DNA from: an uncultured delta proteobacterium
GTDB lineage: Bacteria; Desulfobacterota; WTBG01; CAIYCZ01
Direction: 5' to 3'
Assembly (NCBI GenBank): GCA_963803975.1
Contig: CAWDOY010000017.1
Location: 649-64,648 of the forward strand
DNA: 64,000 nt
A program made the translations under genes and the position numbers. Shown in pieces: positions 1 through 9,355 of the stretch; position 1 is the first letter of the stretch, and each line of letters begins with the position of its first letter. A model generated the notes under the pieces. It was not told the origin of the DNA. It was given only the letters and a program-made list of their open reading frames with translations, and did not search any database.

Positions 1-1018
1 TCTGTGGGTTGTATAATGTCTTACCATCAGCATATGGCAGGATAAGGCACGGCTCAGGCTTAACTTTTAGTATCTCGGTATAGATGGCAACTGCTGCCAC
101 CATTTTTCTGAACACGCATCCCAGATACTCCGTTCCCCTGGAAGTATCCTGAACCACAGCATCATGTTTCAGGTCAGCATCGGTGCGTATGGTGAACTCC
201 TCTTGAACTGTATGGGGAGTAACGGAGTTAGCGTTAGTTATAAGAGTAAAATAGATAGTCTGGTCTTCATCACGGCACTGCATGACCAGAGTGAGCTGGG
301 CTTTCTTGCCAAAAGCTCCCTCAAAAGGGATTCTATAGGTGCCGTTTTCATCAGTCGTTGTCTCAAATTCTTTACCACCATACGTTAATTTTACCACCAT
401 ACCAGGGAGTTCCTCTCCCCAGGCATTTGTCACTTTGCCCCAGAATTTGCGGTCCTTCGAATTAATAACCTTTATAATGCAGTCCTTCATCTGGGCAAGG
501 GCATCACGGACCTGCTGCTCACTAAAATCAGCCGCGCGCGCGCCAAACTCTCCACGCGAAAAATAATTGTCAGCATAGAGCATGGCGAATTTTACCACAT
601 AATATTTTTCCCCCGTACAAGAGGACGTTTCCCCGTAATAGATCAACGTGCTTTCAGTATCAGTAAAATCAGCTTCTAAAATAGTTATGCAGGGGAGGTC
701 TTTTAACAGGTCGACGTCTTTAATATGACTGTCCCTGTATATTTGAAAATTGGTTTTCGCTTCATCTGCATTTTTATAAAAATCGAGCCAGAACTGCAGA
801 TGGTCACCATTATAGGAAACATATATGCCCGAATGGTTTTCATCCTGAGATTGCATAGAGTAGTCATATTCAAAGCCCGTAATTTTACAGTCTGCAAAAT
901 CATCGTCGGTGAAGGTGGGCATCTCATCAGCCGCAAAAATAATAGAGCCTGAGGATAAAAAAATAACTGCAAAAATGAGGACTAAAAGAGCGGAACACTT
1001 ATTTTGTGAGATAGTCAT
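1..1018 (-). CDS. hypothetical secreted protein, 3' end beyond window start (N-terminal signal peptide MTISQNKCSALLVLIFAVIFLSSGSIIFAADE)
   Basis: Open minus-strand frame from ATG at 1018-1016 running uninterrupted to position 1 (checked by hand over ~100 codons); hydrophobic signal-like N-terminus; not in ORF track because no stop inside window. No family recognised. Confidence 0.5.
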   Translation of the reverse strand, partial: MTISQNKCSALLVLIFAVIFLSSGSIIFAADEMPTFTDDDFADCKITGFEYDYSMQSQDENHSGIYVSYNGDHLQFWLDFYKNADEAKTNFQIYRDSHIKDVDLLKDLPCITILEADFTDTESTLIYYGETSSCTGEKYYVVKFAMLYADNYFSRGEFGARAADFSEQQVRDALAQMKDCIIKVINSKDRKFWGKVTNAWGEELPGMVVKLTYGGKEFETTTDENGTYRIPFEGAFGKKAQLTLVMQCRDEDQTIYFTLITNANSVTPHTVQEEFTIRTDADLKHDAVVQDTSRGTEYLGCVFRKMVAAVAIYTEILKVKPEPCLILPYADGKTLYNPQ

Positions 1019-1369
1019 ACTTATTACCTCCCAATAAAGTTGGAAAATAGACCCCCCTACCTATATAAACTGCATATATAACCGGGAGAAATGGTAGTCA
1101 ATAAGAAATATTAAAGAGGCACAAAGGCAGAAGGCACATAGGCACAAAGTAAAAAATTAAAGAGGTTAAGAGTCATGAGGAATTGTATAATAGGGGATTG
1201 CGGAATGCAGAATGGGAAAAACGTGGCTCGCCTGCGGTGAGCCATGAGCCTGTCGAACGGCCGAACCGTAAAAGGCTTTGACAAAATCCGTGACTGTAAT
1301 AAAGTTATTTAAAAAAAAGTGTATTTCATTCAGCGTTTCATTCGCCATTGAATCGGGGGGCTTACCGCT

Positions 1370-2674
1370 ATGAAAACAAACTATGATGTGACGATCATCG
1401 GGGCCGGGCCGGCAGGCCTTATGGCGGCCATTACCGCAGCGCGAGAGGGGCTGAGGGTATTGCTGGTCGAAAGGAAATCCGGCATATCCCGGGTCCAGCG
1501 CTCCTGCTGCTCCTCCCTTATTATGGAGCCCGACACGCACGGCGAGTCAGTGACGCTCGCGGATAACAAAATAAATTTTCCCAAAAACGGTTTTTCAGTT
1601 CCGTATAAAGGGCCGTGCGTTCCCCTGGTCCTGGCGATCAGGTTTTCTCCCAGCGGCAATAAACTGATGTTTACACAAAAAGGGCAGCCGCTTGCTGTTT
1701 CAATCAACAAGGAAAGCCTTCTTGACGGGCTTGTGCAGGAGGCCGAACAGGCAGGGGTCACGATATTGAATAATACCCTGGCGCTGAAAGCGGAAAACGC
1801 GGGGGACAGTGTCGTGGTATTGCTCAGGCAGCCTGACCGGGATTTTGACGTTGTCTCTGAAACAGCCATTGTTGCCGACGGGGTCAATTCCCGGCTGGTA
1901 GAAAATCTCGGCTTGAACAAACTGCGAAAGTTCTTTGCCCAGTTTCACGTCGTCACCTACTACATGGAAAACATGTCCTGCGAATATCCCCCGTCCTGGA
2001 TGGTATTTATCGGCAAGGGGCAGACGCCATCCGGCATGGGGCAGCTGTATGTTCTGCCGAAACCCCGCGAGGACGGATCAGTGGTGCATGAAGTAACATA
2101 CGGGTGCCCGGTCATCGGGGAAAACCGCATCAAGTCTGATCTTGAATGGTTCATACACGAGGGGACTTTTTCCCCATGGTTCAAGCAGGCCCGGTGCGTT
2201 AAAACACTCTCAGCCGTGCTCCGGTTTCACACGCCGCTTTCAGTACCAATAGCGGGAAGAATTCTCATCGCAGGAGACGCGGCAAGCTTCATAGAAGTCT
2301 ACATGCAGGGGGCCCTCATGTATGGCTTTCGGGCGGCTAAAGCTGTCGCAGGCTATCTGAAATCAGGGTCCGGGTTTGATGAATACACCAGCTTCTGGAA
2401 AAGCACCTACGGCTACAATCAGCCCGGCGCGATTGAAGCTGCAACGCAGGCATTTGGCCTGCATGTGCTTGCGGATGATGAAATAAATTACCTGTTCAGC
2501 CTTACGGATAAGGAGCAGCATCCGGGATATGTTAATGAATTCTCCGACCGAGATAATCTCATGCGAGCGATACTCGCGCATATGAGTGATATAAAGAGGG
2601 ACCGGCCTGAGCTTGCAGCCAGGATACATAATTTAAGCAGTATGTCAGTAGAGGAACTGTTGCAGGTAACATAA
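1370..2674 (+). CDS. NAD(P)/FAD-dependent oxidoreductase, geranylgeranyl-reductase-like
   Basis: N-terminal Rossmann motif DVTIIGAGPAGLMAAITAAREGLRVLLVER; 434 aa; overall similarity pattern to FAD-dependent hydroxylase/reductase family. Confidence 0.7.
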   Translation: MKTNYDVTIIGAGPAGLMAAITAAREGLRVLLVERKSGISRVQRSCCSSLIMEPDTHGESVTLADNKINFPKNGFSVPYKGPCVPLVLAIRFSPSGNKLMFTQKGQPLAVSINKESLLDGLVQEAEQAGVTILNNTLALKAENAGDSVVVLLRQPDRDFDVVSETAIVADGVNSRLVENLGLNKLRKFFAQFHVVTYYMENMSCEYPPSWMVFIGKGQTPSGMGQLYVLPKPREDGSVVHEVTYGCPVIGENRIKSDLEWFIHEGTFSPWFKQARCVKTLSAVLRFHTPLSVPIAGRILIAGDAASFIEVYMQGALMYGFRAAKAVAGYLKSGSGFDEYTSFWKSTYGYNQPGAIEAATQAFGLHVLADDEINYLFSLTDKEQHPGYVNEFSDRDNLMRAILAHMSDIKRDRPELAARIHNLSSMSVEELLQVT

Positions 2675-3036
2675 AAGTGCTGAGTTTCGAGTAACGAGCG
2701 ATGAGTGGACAAAATCGGTGAATAGGTAAATAGGTGAGTCGGTGAATGGGTAAATCGGCAAGCACCCTTCGGCAAGGCTCGGCCAACGGCTCGGGCAGGC
2801 AATCAAAGTGAATCGGAAGTATTTACATTGGAGTTGCGACGGGTGACCTTCCAATGGTCACGCACGAATCCACTGGCCACGGGTCACGTATGTTGTTGAC
2901 CGCTGACAGCTAATATTATTTCTTGCATCCTTCCTTCTTCCACATTAAAATGTGGAACCTTTCAGGAAATATTCTTTTCTTAACAGACACTATACACACG
3001 CAAACACATAACTGACCGCTGCGCTCAGGAGTTGCT

Positions 3037-3693
3037 ATGGAGATGATTTTAAAGTTTTTTGATATTCTGCTGCACCTTGACAAATACATCAACGTCGTCA
3101 TTCAGGACTACGGGCAGTGGACCTACCTGATCCTTTTTCTCATTGTTTTTTGCGAAACCGGGCTGGTGGTGACGCCCTTTCTTCCCGGCGACTCCCTGCT
3201 CTTTGTCGCCGGCGCCTTTGCCGCGCTGGGCTCATTAAACCTTGTCTGGGTGCTGGTACTTCTGAGCGTTGCCGCAATACTCGGCGACACCATTAATTAC
3301 TGGGTGGGAAACTATATCGGGCCAAAGGTTTTTCAGATGGAGAACAGCCGCATCTTCAAGAAAGAGTACCTTGACCGCACCCACCAGTTCTATGAAAAGT
3401 ACGGCCCCATCACCATCGTCATCGGCCGCTTCGTCCCCATCATCAGGACCTTTGCCCCGTTTTTGGCCGGAGTGGGCAGCATGACCTATGGAAAATTTCT
3501 CACCTATAATGTGGTGGGCGGTATTTTCTGGATTTTTTCCTTTACCCTGGGCGGCTACTTTTTCGGCAACTTGCCGTTTGTGAAGAAAAATTTCACCCTT
3601 GTTATTTTCGCCATCATTATAATCTCGGTCATGCCCACGGTGATTGAATATTTCCGCCAGCGAAAAGCCGCGAAGAAAGAGGTGAAGCCGTGA
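3037..3693 (+). CDS. DedA/VTT-domain (SNARE-associated) inner membrane protein
   Basis: 218 aa multi-TM protein with typical DedA motifs ([44 protein letters not shown]). Confidence 0.8.
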   Translation: MEMILKFFDILLHLDKYINVVIQDYGQWTYLILFLIVFCETGLVVTPFLPGDSLLFVAGAFAALGSLNLVWVLVLLSVAAILGDTINYWVGNYIGPKVFQMENSRIFKKEYLDRTHQFYEKYGPITIVIGRFVPIIRTFAPFLAGVGSMTYGKFLTYNVVGGIFWIFSFTLGGYFFGNLPFVKKNFTLVIFAIIIISVMPTVIEYFRQRKAAKKEVKP

Positions 3694-4040
3694 CCATGGA
3701 TGATGAACAGCGGCGCCTGGTGACCATTTGCGGCCTGCACTGCGCAGACTGCTATGCCTACACCGGCCGCATAGCACAGCTCGCCGGGGAACTGCGGGCA
3801 CTCCTGCAGCAGTACAATTTTGCTGCAGTCTCGCAGGCCGTGCCCTTTGACGGCCTGCAGCACTATGCGCAGGCGGACGCGTTTCTGGAGGCGCTCACCT
3901 TTATGCGCTGCGTAAAAACCTGCCGGGGCGGCGGCGGCAACCCGGCCTGTGAGATACGGGAATGCTGCCGGGAAAAAGAGCTTGCGGGCTGCTGGGAATG
4001 CGGCAGGATGGAGGAGTGCGAGCTGCTTGAAAGTGCTTGA
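3690..4040 (+). CDS. DUF3795-family cysteine-rich protein
   Basis: 116 aa, [11 protein letters not shown] ... CxxC-rich C-terminus typical of DUF3795; start overlaps DedA stop (GTGA overlap) suggesting translational coupling. Confidence 0.55.
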   Translation: MTMDDEQRRLVTICGLHCADCYAYTGRIAQLAGELRALLQQYNFAAVSQAVPFDGLQHYAQADAFLEALTFMRCVKTCRGGGGNPACEIRECCREKELAGCWECGRMEECELLESA

Positions 4041-4178
4041 GCCGGTCCATCGTGACGCCAATATAAAAAATTTGCGAAATATAAAAAAACAGGGTATTGA
4101 TACATGGGTGGCAGCAAAGAAACGCTACTGGTAAACCGTCAGGGACATCAGTAACTTGACCGCACAAGGAGGGATAGC

Positions 4179-4736
4179 ATGATAAGAAAAAATGTCGCCG
4201 GCGATCAGCCCCAGATAGATAACACCGCCTTTGTCGACCCTTCTGCCGTTATCATCGGCAGGGTTATAATCGGCGGGAACACCTATATCGGGCCCGGGGT
4301 GGTTCTCCGCGCGGACCGGTTTTCCACCGTCGATGAAATATCAAAGATTGAAATCGGCAGCAATTGCAGCATTCAGGATCTAGCGGTAATCCACTGCCGC
4401 GCCGAGACTCCCATAGTCATTAAAGATGATACCAGCATAAGCCACGGCGTCATCATTCACGGATCCACCTCCATCGGCCGCAGCTGCTTTGTCGGGGCGC
4501 GCTCGGTCATCACCAATTCCATGATTGAAGACAGCGTGTATATAAGAAGCAATGTAATACTTGAAAATGTGCTGATAGCAAAAGAAAGCTTTGTCCCCAA
4601 CAATGCGGTCCTGGAATCGCAGGATACGACCATCGGCCTGCGCAAGATTACTGCCAAAGAGAAAGAATTTATATTGAAATGTGTTGCTGAAAACCGGGAA
4701 TTTGCGCTCCGCTACAAATACTCATTAACCGACTGA
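4179..4736 (+). CDS. gamma-class carbonic anhydrase family / hexapeptide-repeat (left-handed beta-helix) protein
   Basis: Hexapeptide repeats, N-terminus AFVDPSAVIIGRVIIGGNTYIGPGVVLRAD like YrdA/PaaY gamma-CA family. Confidence 0.75.
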   Translation: MIRKNVAGDQPQIDNTAFVDPSAVIIGRVIIGGNTYIGPGVVLRADRFSTVDEISKIEIGSNCSIQDLAVIHCRAETPIVIKDDTSISHGVIIHGSTSIGRSCFVGARSVITNSMIEDSVYIRSNVILENVLIAKESFVPNNAVLESQDTTIGLRKITAKEKEFILKCVAENREFALRYKYSLTD

Positions 4737-4957
4737 GCCTTTGAAAAATTCGCTAAAACAGCTGGCCAGTGAAGCAGAGCAGAGATCACGAGCCCAGTAC
4801 CGCTGGTGCGAGAAGGAGGAGCGGTATATGGCCCTCGCCGTCTGCAAATCCCGGGAGCCTGGCACAAAACAGTGCCGCGCCTGTCTTTTCCGCTGGCGGC
4901 AGCTGCCCCTGCCATTCCCGGAACAGAACAGTAAAAAAAGAACTGCGGAAAAACAGC

Positions 4958-5338
4958 ATGCATGATCCCGGGTTTATCCGCACCTGTGCCGGCGAAATAT
5001 TCACTGCGATGAATTCGCGGGACTTGTCCGGCCTTGCCCGATACCTTGCAGACGATGCGGTGTTTGATTTTCCGGGTGCCGGCTGCATCAGCGGACAGAA
5101 AAAGATCCTCCTGTTCCTGAGGGTCCTGTTCAGAAAATATCCCCGCCTTATATTTACGGTTGAGGATATGCTGATAGAGGGAGACCGTGCCTGCGCGGTA
5201 TGGTCAAACCAGGGGGAAGACAGTCACGGCACACCGTACAAAAACCGCGGTGTCACCGTGGTGCGCATCGCGAAAGAAAAAATAATTTTTATAAGCGATT
5301 ATTTCAAAGACACCTCTTTTATTGCGGCTGCCAAGTAA
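4958..5338 (+). CDS. NTF2-like / SnoaL-like (ketosteroid-isomerase fold) domain protein
   Basis: ORF track frame 4769..5338; biologically plausible start at ATG 4958 (MHDPGF...); ~126 aa with NTF2-like pattern (NSRDLSGLARYLADDAVFDFPG...). Confidence 0.45.
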   Translation: MHDPGFIRTCAGEIFTAMNSRDLSGLARYLADDAVFDFPGAGCISGQKKILLFLRVLFRKYPRLIFTVEDMLIEGDRACAVWSNQGEDSHGTPYKNRGVTVVRIAKEKIIFISDYFKDTSFIAAAK

Positions 5339-5365
5339 TCTTTTCTTCTCCGTAAGGCACGCACC

Positions 5366-6046
5366 ATGAACATCCTGGCATTCAACGGCAGTCCCCGAAG
5401 GGCAGGAAATACCACCCATCTGGTGCGCGAATTTTTGCGCGGCGCGCGGGAAGCAGGCGCCCGGGCTGAAGAACTGGTTGCCGAAGAGCTTAACCTGAAC
5501 TACTGCCGGGGATGCCTGCGCTGCAATGTGCTCAAGCGCTGCTCAATAAAGGGTGACGACTGGGAGGCAGTGAGTCAGAAAATTTTAAAGGCTGATGTTC
5601 TGGTCTTTGCCTCGCCCATCTATTTTCATCACCTTACTGCCCCTTTAAAAAAGCTCCTCGACCGGTTCCGCTCCTTTATTCATGTCCAGATAACCGAGCA
5701 GGGGCTGCGGCACACGCCCTGGCAGCCCTGGCAGAAGCAGATCGTCCTGCTGCTCTCTCTGGGGTCATCAAATGACGATGATGCGCAGCCAATACTTGAT
5801 CTTTTTAATTTTCTGGGAAGAGTTCTGGGCACCGGCACTTTTGTCAGCTCCATCATCGGCACCCGCCTTGCCGTTGTCAACCAGGTGACAATGGATGTTG
5901 AGCAGCTTCGCGCCCTGTTCCCGAAAATCGGCCTGCCGGAATCTTTGGCGGAAGAAGATTATCACAGGAACCAGGCGCTCCTGCGGAACTGTTATGAGCT
6001 GGGGAAAGAGCTGGCAACAGCGGAAACGCTTAACCGGGGAAGGTGA
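5366..6046 (+). CDS. NADPH-dependent FMN reductase / flavodoxin-like iron-sulfur flavoprotein
   Basis: MNILAFNGSPRRAGNT... flavodoxin-fold FMN reductase N-terminus with CRGCLRC motif. Confidence 0.7.
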   Translation: MNILAFNGSPRRAGNTTHLVREFLRGAREAGARAEELVAEELNLNYCRGCLRCNVLKRCSIKGDDWEAVSQKILKADVLVFASPIYFHHLTAPLKKLLDRFRSFIHVQITEQGLRHTPWQPWQKQIVLLLSLGSSNDDDAQPILDLFNFLGRVLGTGTFVSSIIGTRLAVVNQVTMDVEQLRALFPKIGLPESLAEEDYHRNQALLRNCYELGKELATAETLNRGR

Positions 6047-6071
6047 CCCTGCTCAGGAAAGGATAGCGGGG

Positions 6072-7499
6072 TTAGACGTTGGTATCGTAGGCGCTGCTGC
6101 CTGCCGAAGTATCGAACATGGCCTCGCAGGCGCCTGCAAGCTCTTCATCATGCTTATGGTTCAGGGCAAAGACCCTGAAGTGAACAATGCGCGCCGGAAT
6201 GTACTTGAATATCTCTTTTAGCGGCTCAGGAGATGTTGCCGCGGTGGACGGGTTATAGATATTTATTCTCTTGTTGCCCTCTGCCATCGGGTTTATGGGC
6301 CGGGGATCCTGCATGGCCAGATCCACGCGAAACTCAATCTGCCGTATGCGCTGCGGCAGGTTCTTCCGGATGGTCTGTTCAAACTGCTCGGGCCGGGCAA
6401 AGGCGAGCATGCCCCGCAGTGCCTGGTCCATGGTAAGCTCTGTTGAATAGGCCATCTTCCATTTTATCTGGCGCGCGATGATGGCTGCCCATTCTTTTCC
6501 CAGCCTTTTTTTCTCGTTATCCTGGGCGTACTGCCATTGCTCAACTGCCTGAATGAGCGACCAGTCATTCAGGTGCAGATATTTTTTAAGTGCCTTGAGC
6601 GGATTTGCCGGAAATATCCTCTTCAGCGTCTCCTGAAATATCTCCTGCATGTGAAAGTCAATGGCCCTGGTGGTGCGGTGATAATAGACCGTGCTGTAGA
6701 GGCTCAGGCGGGCATTGAGAAACCTGGTGAACGCGGAGATGCCTGCCTGGTGCAGCGTCAGGCCCCGCTCGCTGAAAAACGAATAGAAGAGCAGCCGCCG
6801 CATATCCACCATATCAAGGGAAAACCCGGTCATGTAGGCGTCGCGCTGCACGTAATCAAGGTTATCAACCGTGTAAATCCCGGAAAAGAGCTGCTGCAGG
6901 AACTTAAGCCACTGGGGTTTTCCGGCATCAGCGGTATTCGCCTCCCGGGGTTTTTTTATTAAAAACGCGACATCTTCGGGGCGCAGCTTCTCTTTTGCCG
7001 CAAACAGGCCATTGGGGCTTCTCCTGATTTTTTGAATGATGTCGCCAAGCTCGCGGATAATGATCTCCTGCCCGAGTATTTCATGGGTGAGGCCGTACAG
7101 GCAGAGGAAATTCTCATCAAAAAAATGGCCGTAGGGACCGTGGCCGACATCATGCAACAGGCCCGCGATGCGCAGCAGCTCTTCAACAAAGGGAAATGAC
7201 GGGACCCCGGTACAGGTCGCGCACAGGCTCGGGTAGAGGTGCCGGGCGAATTCTCCGGCCATATGCATGGTGCCAAGTGAGTGCTGAAAGCGGGTGTGCT
7301 CGGCTGATGGGTAGACCCAGCGGGCGCTCTGGAGCTGGTGGATGCGCCGCAGCCGCTGCATCCACGCGGAGTCGATAATATTCTGCTCAGTGCGCTCCTG
7401 AGGGGTTTCGTCGTCAGAGGCCGTGAATGGAATATAGCTGTAAATCGGATCAGCAATGAGCGCTATTCCCTTAAACGGAAGGAAAGGTGGCTTTTTCAT
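6072..7499 (-). CDS. HD-domain phosphohydrolase, dNTP triphosphohydrolase-like (COG1078-type)
   Basis: WMQRLRRIHQLQSARWVYPSAEHTRFQHSLGTMHMAGEF ... LLHDVGHGPYGHFFD: canonical HD motifs of dGTPase-like HD superfamily. Confidence 0.75.
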   Translation of the reverse strand: MKKPPFLPFKGIALIADPIYSYIPFTASDDETPQERTEQNIIDSAWMQRLRRIHQLQSARWVYPSAEHTRFQHSLGTMHMAGEFARHLYPSLCATCTGVPSFPFVEELLRIAGLLHDVGHGPYGHFFDENFLCLYGLTHEILGQEIIIRELGDIIQKIRRSPNGLFAAKEKLRPEDVAFLIKKPREANTADAGKPQWLKFLQQLFSGIYTVDNLDYVQRDAYMTGFSLDMVDMRRLLFYSFFSERGLTLHQAGISAFTRFLNARLSLYSTVYYHRTTRAIDFHMQEIFQETLKRIFPANPLKALKKYLHLNDWSLIQAVEQWQYAQDNEKKRLGKEWAAIIARQIKWKMAYSTELTMDQALRGMLAFARPEQFEQTIRKNLPQRIRQIEFRVDLAMQDPRPINPMAEGNKRINIYNPSTAATSPEPLKEIFKYIPARIVHFRVFALNHKHDEELAGACEAMFDTSAGSSAYDTNV

Positions 7500-7517
7500 C
7501 TGCTGAAAACGGTAGTG

Positions 7518-7727
7518 TTAATAACCTGACTTCTTAAGGGTCCTGAGCCTGGTTTCCATGCGGCTGATGAGGCTCTTCAAATCAACCTGCAGCGCGCTCA
7601 GGCTTTCAGAGGGTTTTTTTACAATCTTTTCCGCTTCTTCCTTCCAGTACTGGACGGTCGCCAGCTCCTTGTCCTGTAGCTCCTTCTCAACCCTCTTTCT
7701 CATTTCTTCTGCAAAAGACTTGTCCAT
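7518..7727 (-). CDS. small hypothetical protein (69 aa, charged/coiled-coil-like)
   Basis: ORF between adenosine-kinase-like gene and HD gene on same strand; no family recognised. Confidence 0.3.
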   Translation of the reverse strand: MDKSFAEEMRKRVEKELQDKELATVQYWKEEAEKIVKKPSESLSALQVDLKSLISRMETRLRTLKKSGY

Positions 7728-7772
7728 AGTTTTTCCTCAACGCGTTAACAAATCACACCGTGTCCGCTGTAA

Positions 7773-8255
7773 TTACCGTTTGTATCCGATCTTGCGCAGA
7801 AAATTCCGGCGCTTTTCCCTATCCTCTGCGGTCTCAACTCCTTTGGGTGAAGATCCGTCGATGACCCCGATGATGCCGCAGCCCTGCTCTGACCGGGCAA
7901 CAATCACTTCCACCGGATTTGCCGTGGCGCAGTAGATGGAGCACACCTCCGGGCACTGCTTGATGCTGTTCAGTACATTGATGGGATAGGCATCGCGCAT
8001 GATCAGATTGAAGGTATGGCCTGCCGCCAGGGCCTGGCAGTTTCTGATGGCAGCCTGAACGAGCCCCTCATCATTGCCATCTGAGCGAATAAGACACGGC
8101 CCTGAGGCCTCGTTAAAAGCGATGCCGAACTTCGCCCCGGGCACGCTGGTGACCATTATCTCATAGACATCTTCAACCGTTTTAATAAAGTGGGTCTGGC
8201 CGAGAATGATATTGGCATCCTCGGGGATTTCCAGCATTACTGATTTGATTTCCAT
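7773..8255 (-). CDS. adenosine-specific-kinase-family-like protein (PF04008-like), tentative
   Basis: 160 aa; recalled resemblance to the small adenosine-specific kinase family; not verified. Confidence 0.4.
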   Translation of the reverse strand: MEIKSVMLEIPEDANIILGQTHFIKTVEDVYEIMVTSVPGAKFGIAFNEASGPCLIRSDGNDEGLVQAAIRNCQALAAGHTFNLIMRDAYPINVLNSIKQCPEVCSIYCATANPVEVIVARSEQGCGIIGVIDGSSPKGVETAEDREKRRNFLRKIGYKR

Positions 8256-8330
8256 GCTGCCCTCCCTTTTGTAATAGCTGTCAGTTGTCAGCTATCAGCG
8301 TTCAGCTTTCAGCAAATTGCGTTTCACCTT

Positions 8331-9107
8331 TCACCTTTCACTATTCCCGGGGCACTGGTCACTGGCCACGAATTCCATTTCGCATTTAATTAATGGGCAC
8401 CTCTTCTCCCGAAACGCCACGGCCGATGGCTGGGCTGGGGCGGCGGAGCAGTCTTTTCCTTCCGGATAAAAGACAAATATCTCGTTCGCGATATCCTCTT
8501 CCAGAGCAATCTGGGTATTTTCGTGCTGGATAACAAAGGACGGTGACTGCTGATGAACCTTGAGATAGGAGCCGGGGACGATGCCGAAATGACAGAGCTT
8601 GTGCATCCGGGTGTTTGACTGGGTGTTTATGTAGCAGACCTTCACCCGGTCGCCTATCCGCACCCGGCTTAAAGGGACGATGGCGCTTCCCAGCGTATTC
8701 CGTGCCTGCTGGCAGCACTTGCCTTCTGGTATTTTCAGCCCGTGCGGGCATTCTGACGGGTGTCCGAGCAGCGTGCAGATGCTGTCAACTATTTCCGGGG
8801 CAAGGATGTGCTCGAACTCGCACGCGCCCTGTTCAATCTCCTTTGGCTTCATGCCCAGCACATCTGCCAGCAGCCGCTCTGCCAGCCGGTGGCAGCGAAC
8901 AATCTGTTTGGCCTTTTCATATCCCGCGGGGGTAAACTCAATTTTTTCCCCCTGCACGGCGATAAGCTGTTCCTTCTGCAGATGCGCGACAATCTCTTCA
9001 TTAAAGGTCTCCTCAGCCCAGGTCTGCAGCCCGTCTGTTGTCAGCCGGCCCTCTTCAACAAGGTACCAGAGCGTCTCCATGTATTCATCAAGGTCTCTTC
9101 TGTCCAT
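8331..9107 (-). CDS. iron/manganese-dependent transcriptional repressor, DtxR/IdeR family (HTH + dimerisation + SH3-like/FeoA-type domain) with extra Cys-rich C-terminal tail
   Basis: CHRLAERLLADVLGM...EQGACEFEHILAPEIVDSI matches DtxR metal-binding/dimerisation region; SH3-like RVRIGDRVKVCYIN...; likely start at internal ATG 9107 (MDRRDLDEY..); ~45 aa extra tail with 4 Cys. Confidence 0.75.
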   Translation of the reverse strand: MDRRDLDEYMETLWYLVEEGRLTTDGLQTWAEETFNEEIVAHLQKEQLIAVQGEKIEFTPAGYEKAKQIVRCHRLAERLLADVLGMKPKEIEQGACEFEHILAPEIVDSICTLLGHPSECPHGLKIPEGKCCQQARNTLGSAIVPLSRVRIGDRVKVCYINTQSNTRMHKLCHFGIVPGSYLKVHQQSPSFVIQHENTQIALEEDIANEIFVFYPEGKDCSAAPAQPSAVAFREKRCPLIKCEMEFVASDQCPGNSER

Positions 9108-9355
9108 ACAAATTGCCGTCAAATAGTGTATCAGAAATGCGGTGAAAAATTCCCAACCATGAGAAACCCGCACGTAAAAACCAAAAGGTAAATTTCAAAT
9201 GTCAAAGCTCACATGACAAGTGAATGTCAAATATCAAATGCAGTAAGTTAAACATTTGGATTTTGTCATTTGCCTTTGTTTTGGCATTTGGGCCTTTGGA
9301 TTTTGAGCTTTAGACGGTAACGCCACCCTCGGGCTTATGTTTTTTTGAAGTATGG

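Noticed and set aside
1381-1920. Long antisense ORFs inside annotated genes (e.g. 1381-1920(-), 3235-3801(-), 3555-4061(-), 6959-7456(-), 8386-8751(-), 8680-9126(+), 10032-10295(-), 11702-12364(-), 61698-62168(-), 61988-62680(-))
   Set aside because: They overlap strongly supported genes on the opposite strand, have no recognisable domains and Arg/Ala/Pro-rich composition typical of shadow ORFs in GC-rich DNA.
4858-4874. Sigma54-like motif CTGGCACAAAACAGTGC upstream of the NTF2-like gene
   Set aside because: GG-to-GC spacing is one nucleotide too long and the -12 element is GTGC rather than TTGC; probably chance.
8331-9173. Initial reading as a novel DtxR-FeoA fusion protein
   Set aside because: The FeoA-type SH3-like domain is a normal C-terminal domain of DtxR/IdeR regulators; only the extra Cys-rich tail is unusual (kept as a minor finding).
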